In this document: positions 1-8,938 of the stretch, piece by piece
Layout: every line of letters starts with the position of its first letter
Numbering within the stretch: position 1 is the first letter of the stretch
NCBI GenBank assembly: GCA_913061095.1
Contig: CAJXVM010000022.1
Location: 7,845-71,844 of the forward strand
Direction: 5' to 3'
DNA length: 64,000 bases
From: an uncultured Ignavibacteria bacterium
Lineage (GTDB): Bacteria; Bacteroidota; Ignavibacteria; SZUA-365
Made by a program: the position numbers and the translations under genes
The notes under the pieces: model-generated
The model's input: the letters and a program-made list of their open reading frames with translations, nothing else
What the model was told of the DNA's origin: nothing
Databases searched by the model: none

Positions 1-1100
1 CCTGCGGATCGAAGTACGCCATGCGAAACACCCGGTCGCCCTCGTAGGGAAGTGCGTCGCGCGGCAGTCCCTTGAAGTCCGGTTTGTCCATCATGAAACC
101 CATATCCTGGAAGGCCAGCTCATTCGAGGAGATCGTGTACTCCTCACCTTCGAAGCCCTTCTTGTCCACGGGCAGGTGATACTCCTTGCCCTCCGAATCA
201 TAGGCCCGCACGGTGAGCCAGAGCTGCCGTTCCTCGACGGATCCGCTGGGGATCTTGTGCCCCGCCTTGTGATTGAAGCACACGACGGTAATTTTGATCT
301 GCTCGCCGGGCACGACCTCACGCACATCGGGATGCACCGACAGCTCCACCGCTCCCGCCAGTCGCGCGGGTGAATGCGCACCCGTGAACAGGTGCTGTGC
401 GACGTCGTCGCGTTCCTTCGACATGATGGAGTTGCGTCCTTTCGCGGCGGGCATGTGGCAGTCCTGGCAGCGCTGTCCCTCCTTGCTGTACGGTCCTTCC
501 TCCCACTCCAGGTGCGTGCTTTTCACCCAGACATCGAACGGACTTTTTTCATTGTGGCAGCTCGCGCAGAGATCGGGCGACGTGGTGAACGCCGATTTTT
601 TCGTGATGTGATGCGGGGATTCCACGCCCTCGCGGTTGCCGTATTTCGTTCGGCCCGGTTCGATCATGAAACTGAAGTTGTAGGGTGTTTCTTCGCCGCT
701 GCCGGTGATCGTGTGACAGACGTCGCAGGACACGCTTTCATCGGCGCGCGATCCGGTGAACGGTTTCGGCGGCGGCACGTCGTCCGCGATGAAGGCCATC
801 GGCGTATGGCAGCCGTTGCAGCCCTCCTGCACCGGATCGAATTTCGGATCCTTTTTCCCGTGCGGGACGGCCAGTTTGAAATACTCGATTTCATCCCAGC
901 TGTGCGTATAGGCCTGCGACATCATGGCCTGCTCGAACTGCCGCGCAAAATCCTTGTGGCAGCTCGCGCAGCGGTCCGGTTTTTCAAAATCGTCGTAGGA
1001 TCCCGTTCCCTTCAGATGTTCCCCCCATGGAATATCCTGCGCCTGCACGGCGGCCGCGGTCAGCAGCAGTCCGACAAGCAGATGGATGGCGGTTTTCATG
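1..1100 (-). CDS. Multiheme (at least pentaheme) cytochrome c, 3' end truncated by the window edge
   Basis: Own translation of the reverse complement from the ATG at 1100 gives MKTAIHLLVGLLLTAAAVQAQ (signal peptide) followed by five CxxCH haem-binding motifs (CASCHK, CNGCHT, CDVCHT, CASCHN, CQDCHM). The frame runs off position 1 without a stop, so it is absent from the ORF track. Confidence 0.8.
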
Positions 1101-1349
1101 CATGCCCTCCTTAGGTGCGACAATGTGTATCAGCTTTGAAGGGTATTCCCGGGGCTGACTGTGCGGCGCATTCCGTCGGTTCCCCGCGGCCGGCCGTAAT
1201 TCAGAGCATCCGGTCTTATTACCTTCGTATGCACAAGGTACGGCTTTTCGGTGAGAGATGCATGGGGACGGGAGGAAGATGAGGGTCGACAGGAACGTGA
1301 GGATCGGATGCGGGATCTGCAATCAGCTATCTGCAATCTGCAATCCGGC

Positions 1350-2189
1350 TCACTCCACGCGATAGCGCCAGTCCGCCGTGGCAAATTTGTCCGCGATGCG
1401 CCGGCGGGCTTCATCGAGTTCGGCGGCAGTGACGGCGGAGGGACGCGTGCGGTACATGCCGGCGAATGCGGCGGCAAGACGCACACGCAGCGTGGGCTGC
1501 GGGAGATGGGTGAAATCGCTGAGCGGGGAGACCTTCTTCACCGCGCTGGCGACGGCCCTGTCGGTGAATTTCGGCTGCTCGAGACGGAGGAGTTTCCACA
1601 TCAGGTCGGTGTCGAGCGCGTAGGCCATGGTGACGTGATGCAGCACGGTGCGCCGGCGGCGGCACTGCGCAGCGCCGCCGATTTTGGCGACGGGAGAGAC
1701 GATGTCGTTGATGGGACGATAGGTTGCCGGAATGCCCAGGGCCTGCAGGGCGCGTATGACCCACATGTCCAGAAAGGCAAAGGATTGCCGGAAGGAGAGT
1801 CCCTCGACGACCCGCTCCGGTACGATCATCGAGTACGTGATGCTGCGCAGCGGTTCGACCACCATCGCGCCTCCCCCGCTGATGCGTCGTGCGAAGGTGA
1901 ATCCCTCCGCCGATGCGGTTTCTGCATCAACCTCACCGCGTACGCTCTGATAGGATCCGAGGATGACGGCGCGCTCGGACCAGTCCCACATCCACAGCAG
2001 CGGCGAACGCTTCCCCTCCGCGACGCGATAGAGCAGCGTCTCATCCAGCGCGCAGTTCATCTCCGCCTTCCGCGGAGATTCGAGGATGAGGTCAAAGGCG
2101 AGCTCGTCGAGACGGGGGTTGAGGGATTGATCCCACGTCGTTTCGCTGAGGGTCGGGTTCCAGGGGGGGATGTACATGCGGATTTCCAA
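1350..2189 (-). CDS. Lipoate--protein ligase family protein (BPL/LPL catalytic domain)
   Basis: 279-aa ORF with motifs typical of the LplA/LipB catalytic domain (RRISGGGAMVVEP, ITYSMIV), at typical LplA N-domain length. Confidence 0.65.
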   Translation of the reverse strand: MEIRMYIPPWNPTLSETTWDQSLNPRLDELAFDLILESPRKAEMNCALDETLLYRVAEGKRSPLLWMWDWSERAVILGSYQSVRGEVDAETASAEGFTFARRISGGGAMVVEPLRSITYSMIVPERVVEGLSFRQSFAFLDMWVIRALQALGIPATYRPINDIVSPVAKIGGAAQCRRRRTVLHHVTMAYALDTDLMWKLLRLEQPKFTDRAVASAVKKVSPLSDFTHLPQPTLRVRLAAAFAGMYRTRPSAVTAAELDEARRRIADKFATADWRYRVE

Positions 2190-2204
2190 GCGGTCAGATT
2201 ATGA

Positions 2205-2345
2205 TGGATTGCACAGAGAATAATATCACGGATTTTCACGGATTATACCACAGATTCCCACGGATTGGCATTTCGAGCATTCCAATCCGTGAAAATCAGT
2301 GTGTACTCAGTGCAAATCCGTGAAACACATTCTCCGTGTAATCCC
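2205..2345. promoter_or_regulatory. AT-rich divergent intergenic region carrying an array of CACGGATT / AATCCGTG motifs
   Basis: Direct copies of tCACGGATT at 2227 and 2237, cCACAGATT at 2248 and cCACGGATT at 2258, then inverted AATCCGTGAAA at 2284 and 2315 and CCGTGTAATCC at 2334. The region lies between the lplA-like start (minus) and the membrane-protein start (plus). Confidence 0.4.
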
Positions 2346-2408
2346 ATTAAAATCTCCCCCGCATTTCCTATCTTTATCTCCTGTATTTGAAACAGCCAAA
2401 CGGGACAC

Positions 2409-2960
2409 ATGGACTGGTACATTTCCTGGGTCACAGATCAGCCGCTCACATCCGCCGCGATTCAGTTCGGGATACTGGGCACACTCGGCGAGATCATCTC
2501 CCATACGATCAAAACGAAAAAAATCGGCATCCCGAACTCCCCGCTCGAGATGCTGGGCAAGGTGCTGGCGTGGGCGCTGCTGGGCATCGTCATCAAGTAC
2601 GGCTTCACGATGATGAAAGGCGCCGTTGCGGCGCTCATCGAGCACAGCCTCCTCCCCGGTTTCCTGGCGTCGGGACTCGGCTGGGCCTTCAGCGTCTCGG
2701 TGTTCACAAACGTGTTCTTTGGTCCCCAGATGATGTACTTCCACCGCGTCGAAGATAATATCATTCTTCGCCGCTGGAGCTTCGCCGGCATCGAAAACGC
2801 GCTCAAAACGCTCGTCTGGTTCTGGATACCCGCGCATACCGTCACCTTCGCCCTCCCGAAGGAATTCCAGATCGGCCTGGCGGCGGTCTGGAGTGTGGTT
2901 CTTGGAATCATCCTTGGGATGAGTATCAAGCCGCAGACCCCTGCCGGAAGCGAAAACTGA
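2409..2960 (+). CDS. Hypothetical integral membrane protein
   Basis: 183-aa ORF with several hydrophobic segments (LAWALLGIVI, GLAAVWSVVLGIILGM). The overlapping 414-aa minus-strand ORF is Arg-rich antisense noise. Confidence 0.5.
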   Translation: MDWYISWVTDQPLTSAAIQFGILGTLGEIISHTIKTKKIGIPNSPLEMLGKVLAWALLGIVIKYGFTMMKGAVAALIEHSLLPGFLASGLGWAFSVSVFTNVFFGPQMMYFHRVEDNIILRRWSFAGIENALKTLVWFWIPAHTVTFALPKEFQIGLAAVWSVVLGIILGMSIKPQTPAGSEN

Positions 2961-3366
2961 TCCAGCCACCCGGATCGCATTGTGATGAATCGGGACAGCG
3001 ATGCATCCGAATTTTTCACATGCTCGTCCGATTATCCTTGCGGGGAATCCGAATGATTCCCATCTTTGCAGAAGGCCCGGAAGAGGCTGAAAGTTCAAAG
3101 AATTGCAGGACTTATGTACCGCCAGTACAGCAGACATACCATCCCTCACGCGGCACATGGCGCGGACGCTGTGGCGACGGTGAATGACCGCTGCCGCACG
3201 CGCTCGCGGAAAATCCTGCAGTTCAAACACTACTGCACCGACGCCCCCATCTGACCCGCCCTCCTCCCCGCTTCGACTCGACATTCGTCGAATTTCATAC
3301 TTCAGATAAACAGCAAGTTTCATCAGAAAAGCGCGGCACCACGGTGCCCGACAGGAGTACGCAGAC

Positions 3367-4287
3367 GTGAAAGCACAAGATTTCCTTACCGTGCGCGACA
3401 TGAGCCAGGAGGAGATCCTCCAGACATTCGACATCGCCCTCGACATGAAGGCCGACCGCATGAAATACGGCGAAGCGCTGAAGGGCGAATCCCTCGCACT
3501 GATTTTCGAAAAACCCTCGCTGCGCACGCGCACCACGTTCGACATCGGCATCCAGCAGCTCGGCGGCTACTCGCTGTACCTCTCGCCGAATGAAATCAAT
3601 CTCGGCAAGCGCGAGTCGGTGTACGACGTCGCCAAGAATCTCGAGCGCATGGTGCAGGGCATCATGATCCGCACCTTCGCGCATCAGATCGTCATCGACA
3701 TGGCCGAATTCGCGTCGATTCCCATTATCAACGGACTGACGGACTACACGCATCCCTGCCAGGCGATGGCCGACTTCCTCACGATCAAGGAACACAAGGG
3801 CGACTTCAAGGGACGGAAGCTCTGCTACGTCGGCGACGGCAACAACGTGGCGCACAGCCTGATGTTCGCCGGCGCGCGACTCGGCATGGACGTCACCGTC
3901 GCCTGTCCGCAGGGCTACGAGCCGAATCTCATCGCCTTCCAGCAGGCCGTTGAGGATGCGAAGGCCACCGGCGCGACGATTTCCGTCGTGCATGACGCCG
4001 CCGAGGGTGTTAAGGATGCCGACGCGGTGTACACCGACGTGTGGGCGTCGATGGGACAGGAAGCCGAGGCCGCCGAACGCCGCCGCATCTTCCTGCCGTA
4101 CCAGGTCAACGAAGACCTGATGGCGAAGGCCAAGAACGACGCCATCTTCATGCACTGCCTGCCGGCGCATCGCGGCGACGAGGTCACCGACGGCGTGATC
4201 GACGCCCCGAACTCTGTGGTCTTCCCCGAGGCCGAAAACCGCCTGCACGTGCAGAAAGCCATCATGTATCAGCTGATGAAAAAGTAA
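3367..4287 (+). CDS. argF: Ornithine carbamoyltransferase
   Basis: STRTR carbamoyl-phosphate motif, HPCQ and HCLPAHRGDEVTD ornithine-binding motifs; 306 aa. Confidence 0.9.
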   Translation: MKAQDFLTVRDMSQEEILQTFDIALDMKADRMKYGEALKGESLALIFEKPSLRTRTTFDIGIQQLGGYSLYLSPNEINLGKRESVYDVAKNLERMVQGIMIRTFAHQIVIDMAEFASIPIINGLTDYTHPCQAMADFLTIKEHKGDFKGRKLCYVGDGNNVAHSLMFAGARLGMDVTVACPQGYEPNLIAFQQAVEDAKATGATISVVHDAAEGVKDADAVYTDVWASMGQEAEAAERRRIFLPYQVNEDLMAKAKNDAIFMHCLPAHRGDEVTDGVIDAPNSVVFPEAENRLHVQKAIMYQLMKK

Positions 4288-4297
4288 GAGGCGCCTG

Positions 4298-5242
4298 ATG
4301 TCCCGTACAGCACTGATTGCCATCGGCGGGAATTCCCTGGTCCGCGCGGGCGAGCGCGGCACCGTCGGCGAACAGCTCGCCAACGCGCACGCCACCGCCC
4401 GCAGCCTCGCGGCTATGGTCAAGCGCGGCTGGCGCATCGTCATTACGCACGGGAACGGTCCCCAGGTGGGGGCCGCCCTGCTGCGCTCCGAGCGCGCCGC
4501 AGGTGAGGTGTACACCCATCCCCTGGATGTGTGCGTGGCCACGACGCAGAGCGAAATCGGCTACCTGCTGCAGCGCGCCATGGAGTACGAACTGCGGCAG
4601 CTCGGCCTGACCACGCCGGTGCTTACCGTCCTCACCCAGGTGCGCGTGGACGCCGACGACCCGGCGTTCACCAATCCCACCAAGCCCATCGGTCCGTTTT
4701 ACTCGAAAGAGGAAGCCGAGCAGAAAAAACGCTCGCTGGGATGGGACGTCGTCGAAGACAGCGCCCGCGGCTGGCGGCGCGTGGTTCCCTCGCCGGAGCC
4801 GAAGGAGGTGTTCGAACAGCATATCATCCGGCATCTGCTGGATGAGGGCATGATCGTCATCGCATGCGGCGGCGGCGGGATTCCCGTGATCGAACATGAG
4901 GACCACCGCGTGGAGGGATCCGAGGCGGTGATCGACAAGGACCGCGCATCGGCCCTGCTTGCCGCCGAACTGGGAGTGGACCTGTTCGCCATCAGCACGG
5001 ACGCGCGGCAGGTGTATGTCGACTTCAAGAAGCCCACGCAGCGCGGACTCGACCGCGTGACCGTCGGTGAACTGCAGACGCTCGCCGACGAAGGACAGTT
5101 TCCGCCGGGCAGCATGGGGCCGAAAGTGGAATCCGCCATCCGCTACCTGCGGAACGGCGGGAAGGAAGTCATCATCACATCCTTCGAATATCTCAACGCC
5201 GCCCTCGACGGGAAGGACGGCACGCACATCACCGCCGAATGA
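4298..5242 (+). CDS. arcC: Carbamate kinase
   Basis: N-terminal IAIGGNSL ... ITHGNGPQVG motif and overall collinearity with the carbamate kinase / amino-acid kinase family; 314 aa, 10 nt after argF. Confidence 0.88.
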   Translation: MSRTALIAIGGNSLVRAGERGTVGEQLANAHATARSLAAMVKRGWRIVITHGNGPQVGAALLRSERAAGEVYTHPLDVCVATTQSEIGYLLQRAMEYELRQLGLTTPVLTVLTQVRVDADDPAFTNPTKPIGPFYSKEEAEQKKRSLGWDVVEDSARGWRRVVPSPEPKEVFEQHIIRHLLDEGMIVIACGGGGIPVIEHEDHRVEGSEAVIDKDRASALLAAELGVDLFAISTDARQVYVDFKKPTQRGLDRVTVGELQTLADEGQFPPGSMGPKVESAIRYLRNGGKEVIITSFEYLNAALDGKDGTHITAE

Positions 5243-5281
5243 CCGACTTACGCATGTAGCACAGGCAGCGCGAGAAGCACA

Positions 5282-6199
5282 ATGAAACTCAATCACGTCG
5301 TCGAATCCCAGCAGTTCACCGTTCCCCTGCTCATGGAGCTGTTCGAGCGGACGAAATCCATGGAGCGCACCGTGCGCCGCGGCGGCACGCGCGACTACGA
5401 ACACGCCATCATGGGCACGCTGTTCTACCGTCCCTCGACACGCACGCGCTTCTCCTTCGAGTCCGCCATGTACCGTCTCGGCGGCCGCGTGCTTTCCACC
5501 GAGCATGCGATGGAGTTCTCCTCGGAAGTTGCGGGTGAAAAGCTGGAAGACACGATCCGCATCATCGGGCATTACTGCGACGTCATCGTCCTCCGGCACC
5601 ACGAGGAAGGCGGCGCCAAGCGCGCCGCGGCCGTATCCCCCGTCCCCGTCATCAGTGCCGGCGACGGCACGGGCGGTCAGCATCCGACGCAGGCGCTGCT
5701 CGACCTCTACACGATTTACCGCGAATGCCACACGCTCGACGGCCTCTCGGTGGCACTGATCGGCGCGCTGGACCAGGGACGCACGGCGCGTTCGCTGGCG
5801 TACCTGCTCGGCAAGTTCGACCGCACGAAGCTGTACTTCATCGCGCCCGAGGAAATGCAGATCAAGCCCGACATCCTCGAATACCTCGAGAAGCACGGTG
5901 TGTCATACGAGCTGGCATCCGACACGCGGGACATCATCTCGCACGTCGACGTCGTTTACCAGACGCGCATCGACCGCGAGCGGCTGGCCAGCAAGGACAT
6001 CGACCTGACCCCGTACAACATCGACCGGGCGGTGCTCGAAAAGATGCGCTCCGACGCCATCATCATGCACCCGCTGCCGCGGTCGGTGGAGATCGATCAC
6101 GCCGTGGACGATGACACGCGCGCGGCGTATTTCCGGCAGACACAGAACGGACTCTACGTACGCATGGCATTGCTGACCATGCTGCTTGACAACGAATAA
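5282..6199 (+). CDS. pyrB: Aspartate carbamoyltransferase catalytic subunit
   Basis: PSTRTRFSFESAM, HPTQALLDLYTI, YQTRIDRERL (Asp-binding RxQxER) and MHPLPR motifs; 305 aa. Confidence 0.8.
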   Translation: MKLNHVVESQQFTVPLLMELFERTKSMERTVRRGGTRDYEHAIMGTLFYRPSTRTRFSFESAMYRLGGRVLSTEHAMEFSSEVAGEKLEDTIRIIGHYCDVIVLRHHEEGGAKRAAAVSPVPVISAGDGTGGQHPTQALLDLYTIYRECHTLDGLSVALIGALDQGRTARSLAYLLGKFDRTKLYFIAPEEMQIKPDILEYLEKHGVSYELASDTRDIISHVDVVYQTRIDRERLASKDIDLTPYNIDRAVLEKMRSDAIIMHPLPRSVEIDHAVDDDTRAAYFRQTQNGLYVRMALLTMLLDNE

Positions 6200-6235
6200 C
6201 AGATTTTCATTCACCCTTTCAATCGCAGGTGATGC

Positions 6236-7432
6236 ATGAACACACAGGAGTATATCGCCCTCGAAGAAGCGTACGGCGCTCATAATTATCATCCGCTTGA
6301 CGTCGTCGTCAGCCGCGCGGAAGGCGTCTGGGTATCCGACGTCGACGGCAACCGGTACCTCGACTGCCTCGCGGCCTATTCCGCGCTGAACCAGGGGCAC
6401 TGTCATCCTGCCATCCTCAAGACGTTCATCGAGCAGGCGGCATTCGTGACGCTGACCAGCCGCGCATTCCGCAACGACCGGCTGCCGCTGCTCTACAAGA
6501 AGCTGCACGACATGACCGGCTACGACATGTCACTGCCCATGAACTCGGGCGCCGAAGCCGTGGAGACTGCGATCAAGACGGCGCGCCGCTGGGGCTACGA
6601 CGTGAAGGGCATCCCGGAGAACAAGGCCGAGATCGTCGTGGCGTCGGGAAACTTCCACGGCCGCACGACCACCATCGTGGGCTTCTCCGACGATCCGTCC
6701 TCATACAGGGGCTTCGGTCCCTACTGCACCGAGGCATTCCCGATGCACGAGTACGGGAATCTCGAGGATTTGAAATCCAAGATCACCGAAAACACCTGCG
6801 CCGTGATGATCGAGCCGATCCAGGGCGAGGGCGGCGTGGTGATTCCGCCGGACGGCTATCTCAAGGGCGTGGAACAGCTCTGCCGCGAGAACAACATCCT
6901 GTTCCTGTGCGACGAGATTCAGTCCGGCCTCGGCCGCAGCGGCAAGATGTTCGCGCATTACTACGAGAACGTGCGTCCCGACATCGTCATCATCGGTAAG
7001 GCGCTGTCCGGCGGCTTTTATCCCGTCTCCGCGATTCTCGCTGACCGCTCCGTGCTCGGTGTGATCCATCCCGGCGAGCATGGGAGCACCTTCGGCGGCA
7101 ATCCGCTCGGTGCCGCGGTTGCGATCCGCGCGCTCGAGGTCATCGAGGAGGAGAACCTCATTGAGAATTCCGCGGAGCTCGGTGCATACATGACCGACCG
7201 CCTGCGCGCGATCGATTCGCCGCATATCACGGAAGTGCGTGGCCGTGGCCTTTGGATCGGTCTTGTACTGGATACGAAAGCGCGTCCGTACACCGAAGCC
7301 CTGAAGGAGGAAGGTATTCTCTGCAAGGAGACACATGAGAACATCATCCGTTTCGCGCCGCCGCTCATCATCACGAAAGACATCATCGACTGGGCGCTCG
7401 AGCGCATCGAAAAAGTTCTGACTTCGAAATAA
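6236..7432 (+). CDS. rocD: Ornithine--oxo-acid aminotransferase (class III PLP aminotransferase)
   Basis: YGAHNYHPL N-terminus and the PLP-lysine region IVIIGKALSGG; 398 aa. Confidence 0.82.
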   Translation: MNTQEYIALEEAYGAHNYHPLDVVVSRAEGVWVSDVDGNRYLDCLAAYSALNQGHCHPAILKTFIEQAAFVTLTSRAFRNDRLPLLYKKLHDMTGYDMSLPMNSGAEAVETAIKTARRWGYDVKGIPENKAEIVVASGNFHGRTTTIVGFSDDPSSYRGFGPYCTEAFPMHEYGNLEDLKSKITENTCAVMIEPIQGEGGVVIPPDGYLKGVEQLCRENNILFLCDEIQSGLGRSGKMFAHYYENVRPDIVIIGKALSGGFYPVSAILADRSVLGVIHPGEHGSTFGGNPLGAAVAIRALEVIEEENLIENSAELGAYMTDRLRAIDSPHITEVRGRGLWIGLVLDTKARPYTEALKEEGILCKETHENIIRFAPPLIITKDIIDWALERIEKVLTSK

Positions 7433-7471
7433 ACATTTTTCTGTCCCACCAACTGATCAATGGAGTGATCC

Positions 7472-8806
7472 ATGGCAGCCAAGAAAGAACGCATTACCAC
7501 GATCATCGTCGGCGCCGCCGGCCGTGATTTCCACAACTTCAACATGGTCTACCGCGACAACGACCTGTACAATGTTGTGGCCTTCACGGCGGCGCAGATT
7601 CCCGACATCGCCGGACGCAAGTATCCCGCCTCCCTCGCCGGCAAGCTCTACCCCAGAGGCATTCCCATCGTGGACGAAGCGGACCTCGAAAAACTGATCG
7701 TGAAGCATGACGTCCAGGAAGTCGTCTTTTCATACAGCGACGTTCCCTACGATCACGTGATGAGCATCGGCGCGCGCGCGACGGCAGCCGGTGCACATTT
7801 CAAAATCCTCAGTGCGAAAGACACCATGATTCCGAGCAAGAAGCCGGTCGTGTCGGTCACGGCAGTGCGCACGGGAAGCGGTAAAAGCCAGACCACGCGC
7901 AAGGTCGCGGATATTCTGCAGGAGATGGGCTTCAAGGTCGCGGCCATCCGCCACCCGATGCCCTACGGCGACCTCGCCAAGCAGAAAGTGCAGCGCTATG
8001 CATCCATCGCCGATCTGAAAAAGCACAAGTGCACGATCGAGGAGATGGAAGAGTACGAGCCGCACATCGTCAACGGCACGATCATCTACGCCGGCGTGGA
8101 CTACGAGGCCATTCTCGAGAAGGCCGAGAAGGAAGCCGACGTGATTCTGTGGGACGGCGGTAACAACGACATGCCGTTCTACAAACCTGACCTGAACATC
8201 GTCGTCGCGGATCCGCTGCGCGTCGGTGACGAACTCGAGTACTATCCCTCCGAAGCGAACCTGCGCATGGCCGACGTGGTTGTGATCAACAAGATCGACA
8301 GCGCCGATCCGATGATGGTGCTGCAGCTGCGTGAGAACATCCGCAACGTGAACCCGAAGGCGCGCATCGTGGATGCCGCGAGTCCGCTCATCGTCGAGCG
8401 CGGCGAGCAGATCACCGGCAAGCGCGTGCTGGTGGTCGAGGACGGTCCGACCCTCACCCACGGTGAGATGGACTTCGGCGCCGGTACCGTTGCGGCCGAA
8501 AAATACGGCGCCGCGGATCTGATCGACCCGCGTCCCTACGCCGTCGGCACGATCAAGAAGACCTTCGAGACCTATCCGGATATTGGCGTCCTGCTGCCGG
8601 CCATGGGCTACGGCGACCAGCAGATCAAGGATCTCACCGCGACGATCAACAAGGTGCCCTGCGACCTCGTGGTCATCGGCACCCCGATCGACCTGAAGCG
8701 CGTGGCCAAATTCAAGAAGAAAGCCGTGCGCGTGCAGTACGAGCTGCAGGAGATCGGCGAGCCCAGTCTGAAGACGCTGCTCGACGAGTTCACGCAGAAA
8801 CTCTGA
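7472..8806 (+). CDS. P-loop NTPase of the cyclic 2,3-diphosphoglycerate synthetase-like family (tentative)
   Basis: 444-aa ORF with a Walker-A-like TGSGKSQTTRKV motif. It is the last gene of the argF-arcC-pyrB-rocD operon (39-nt gap). The family assignment is from memory and is uncertain. Confidence 0.45.
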   Translation: MAAKKERITTIIVGAAGRDFHNFNMVYRDNDLYNVVAFTAAQIPDIAGRKYPASLAGKLYPRGIPIVDEADLEKLIVKHDVQEVVFSYSDVPYDHVMSIGARATAAGAHFKILSAKDTMIPSKKPVVSVTAVRTGSGKSQTTRKVADILQEMGFKVAAIRHPMPYGDLAKQKVQRYASIADLKKHKCTIEEMEEYEPHIVNGTIIYAGVDYEAILEKAEKEADVILWDGGNNDMPFYKPDLNIVVADPLRVGDELEYYPSEANLRMADVVVINKIDSADPMMVLQLRENIRNVNPKARIVDAASPLIVERGEQITGKRVLVVEDGPTLTHGEMDFGAGTVAAEKYGAADLIDPRPYAVGTIKKTFETYPDIGVLLPAMGYGDQQIKDLTATINKVPCDLVVIGTPIDLKRVAKFKKKAVRVQYELQEIGEPSLKTLLDEFTQKL

Positions 8807-8828
8807 TCACCGCAACCAGCGATTACGA

Positions 8829-8866
8829 AACGGGCACGCTCCTCCGGGCGTGCCCGTTCTCATTTC
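8829..8866 (+). terminator. Rho-independent terminator after the arginine/ornithine operon
   Basis: Perfect stem ACGGGCACGC / GCGTGCCCGT with loop TCCTCCG, followed by TTCTCATTTC. Confidence 0.6.
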
Positions 8867-8938
8867 AGGGGCTGAACCATCCGGCTCCACATCCCGTTGA
8901 ATAGATATGGGAGTTGTTCAACAGACGAGGTGCCGAGC

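Noticed and set aside
374-1114. 246-aa plus-strand ORF
   Set aside because: Antisense to the CxxCH-rich cytochrome gene, with Arg/Ala-rich composition and no motifs.
2960-3366. Possible ARG-box / ArgR operator upstream of argF (TTCGTCGAATTTCATACTTCA)
   Set aside because: Only a weak resemblance to the ARG-box consensus, and the Bacteroidota-type ArgR site is not well enough defined to call it. The two small hairpins (GGAATC-CGAAT-GATTCC; GGCACC-ACG-GTGCC) are noted but not assigned.
2307-3551. 414-aa minus-strand ORF overlapping the membrane-protein gene
   Set aside because: Arg/Ser/Ala-rich low-complexity translation typical of antisense reading of GC-rich DNA. It overlaps the better-supported plus-strand hydrophobic ORF and the argF upstream region.
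3295-5896. 415-aa and 544-aa minus-strand ORFs across argF / arcC / pyrB
   Set aside because: Antisense frames of strongly supported plus-strand enzymes, with Arg/Gly/Val-rich junk composition.
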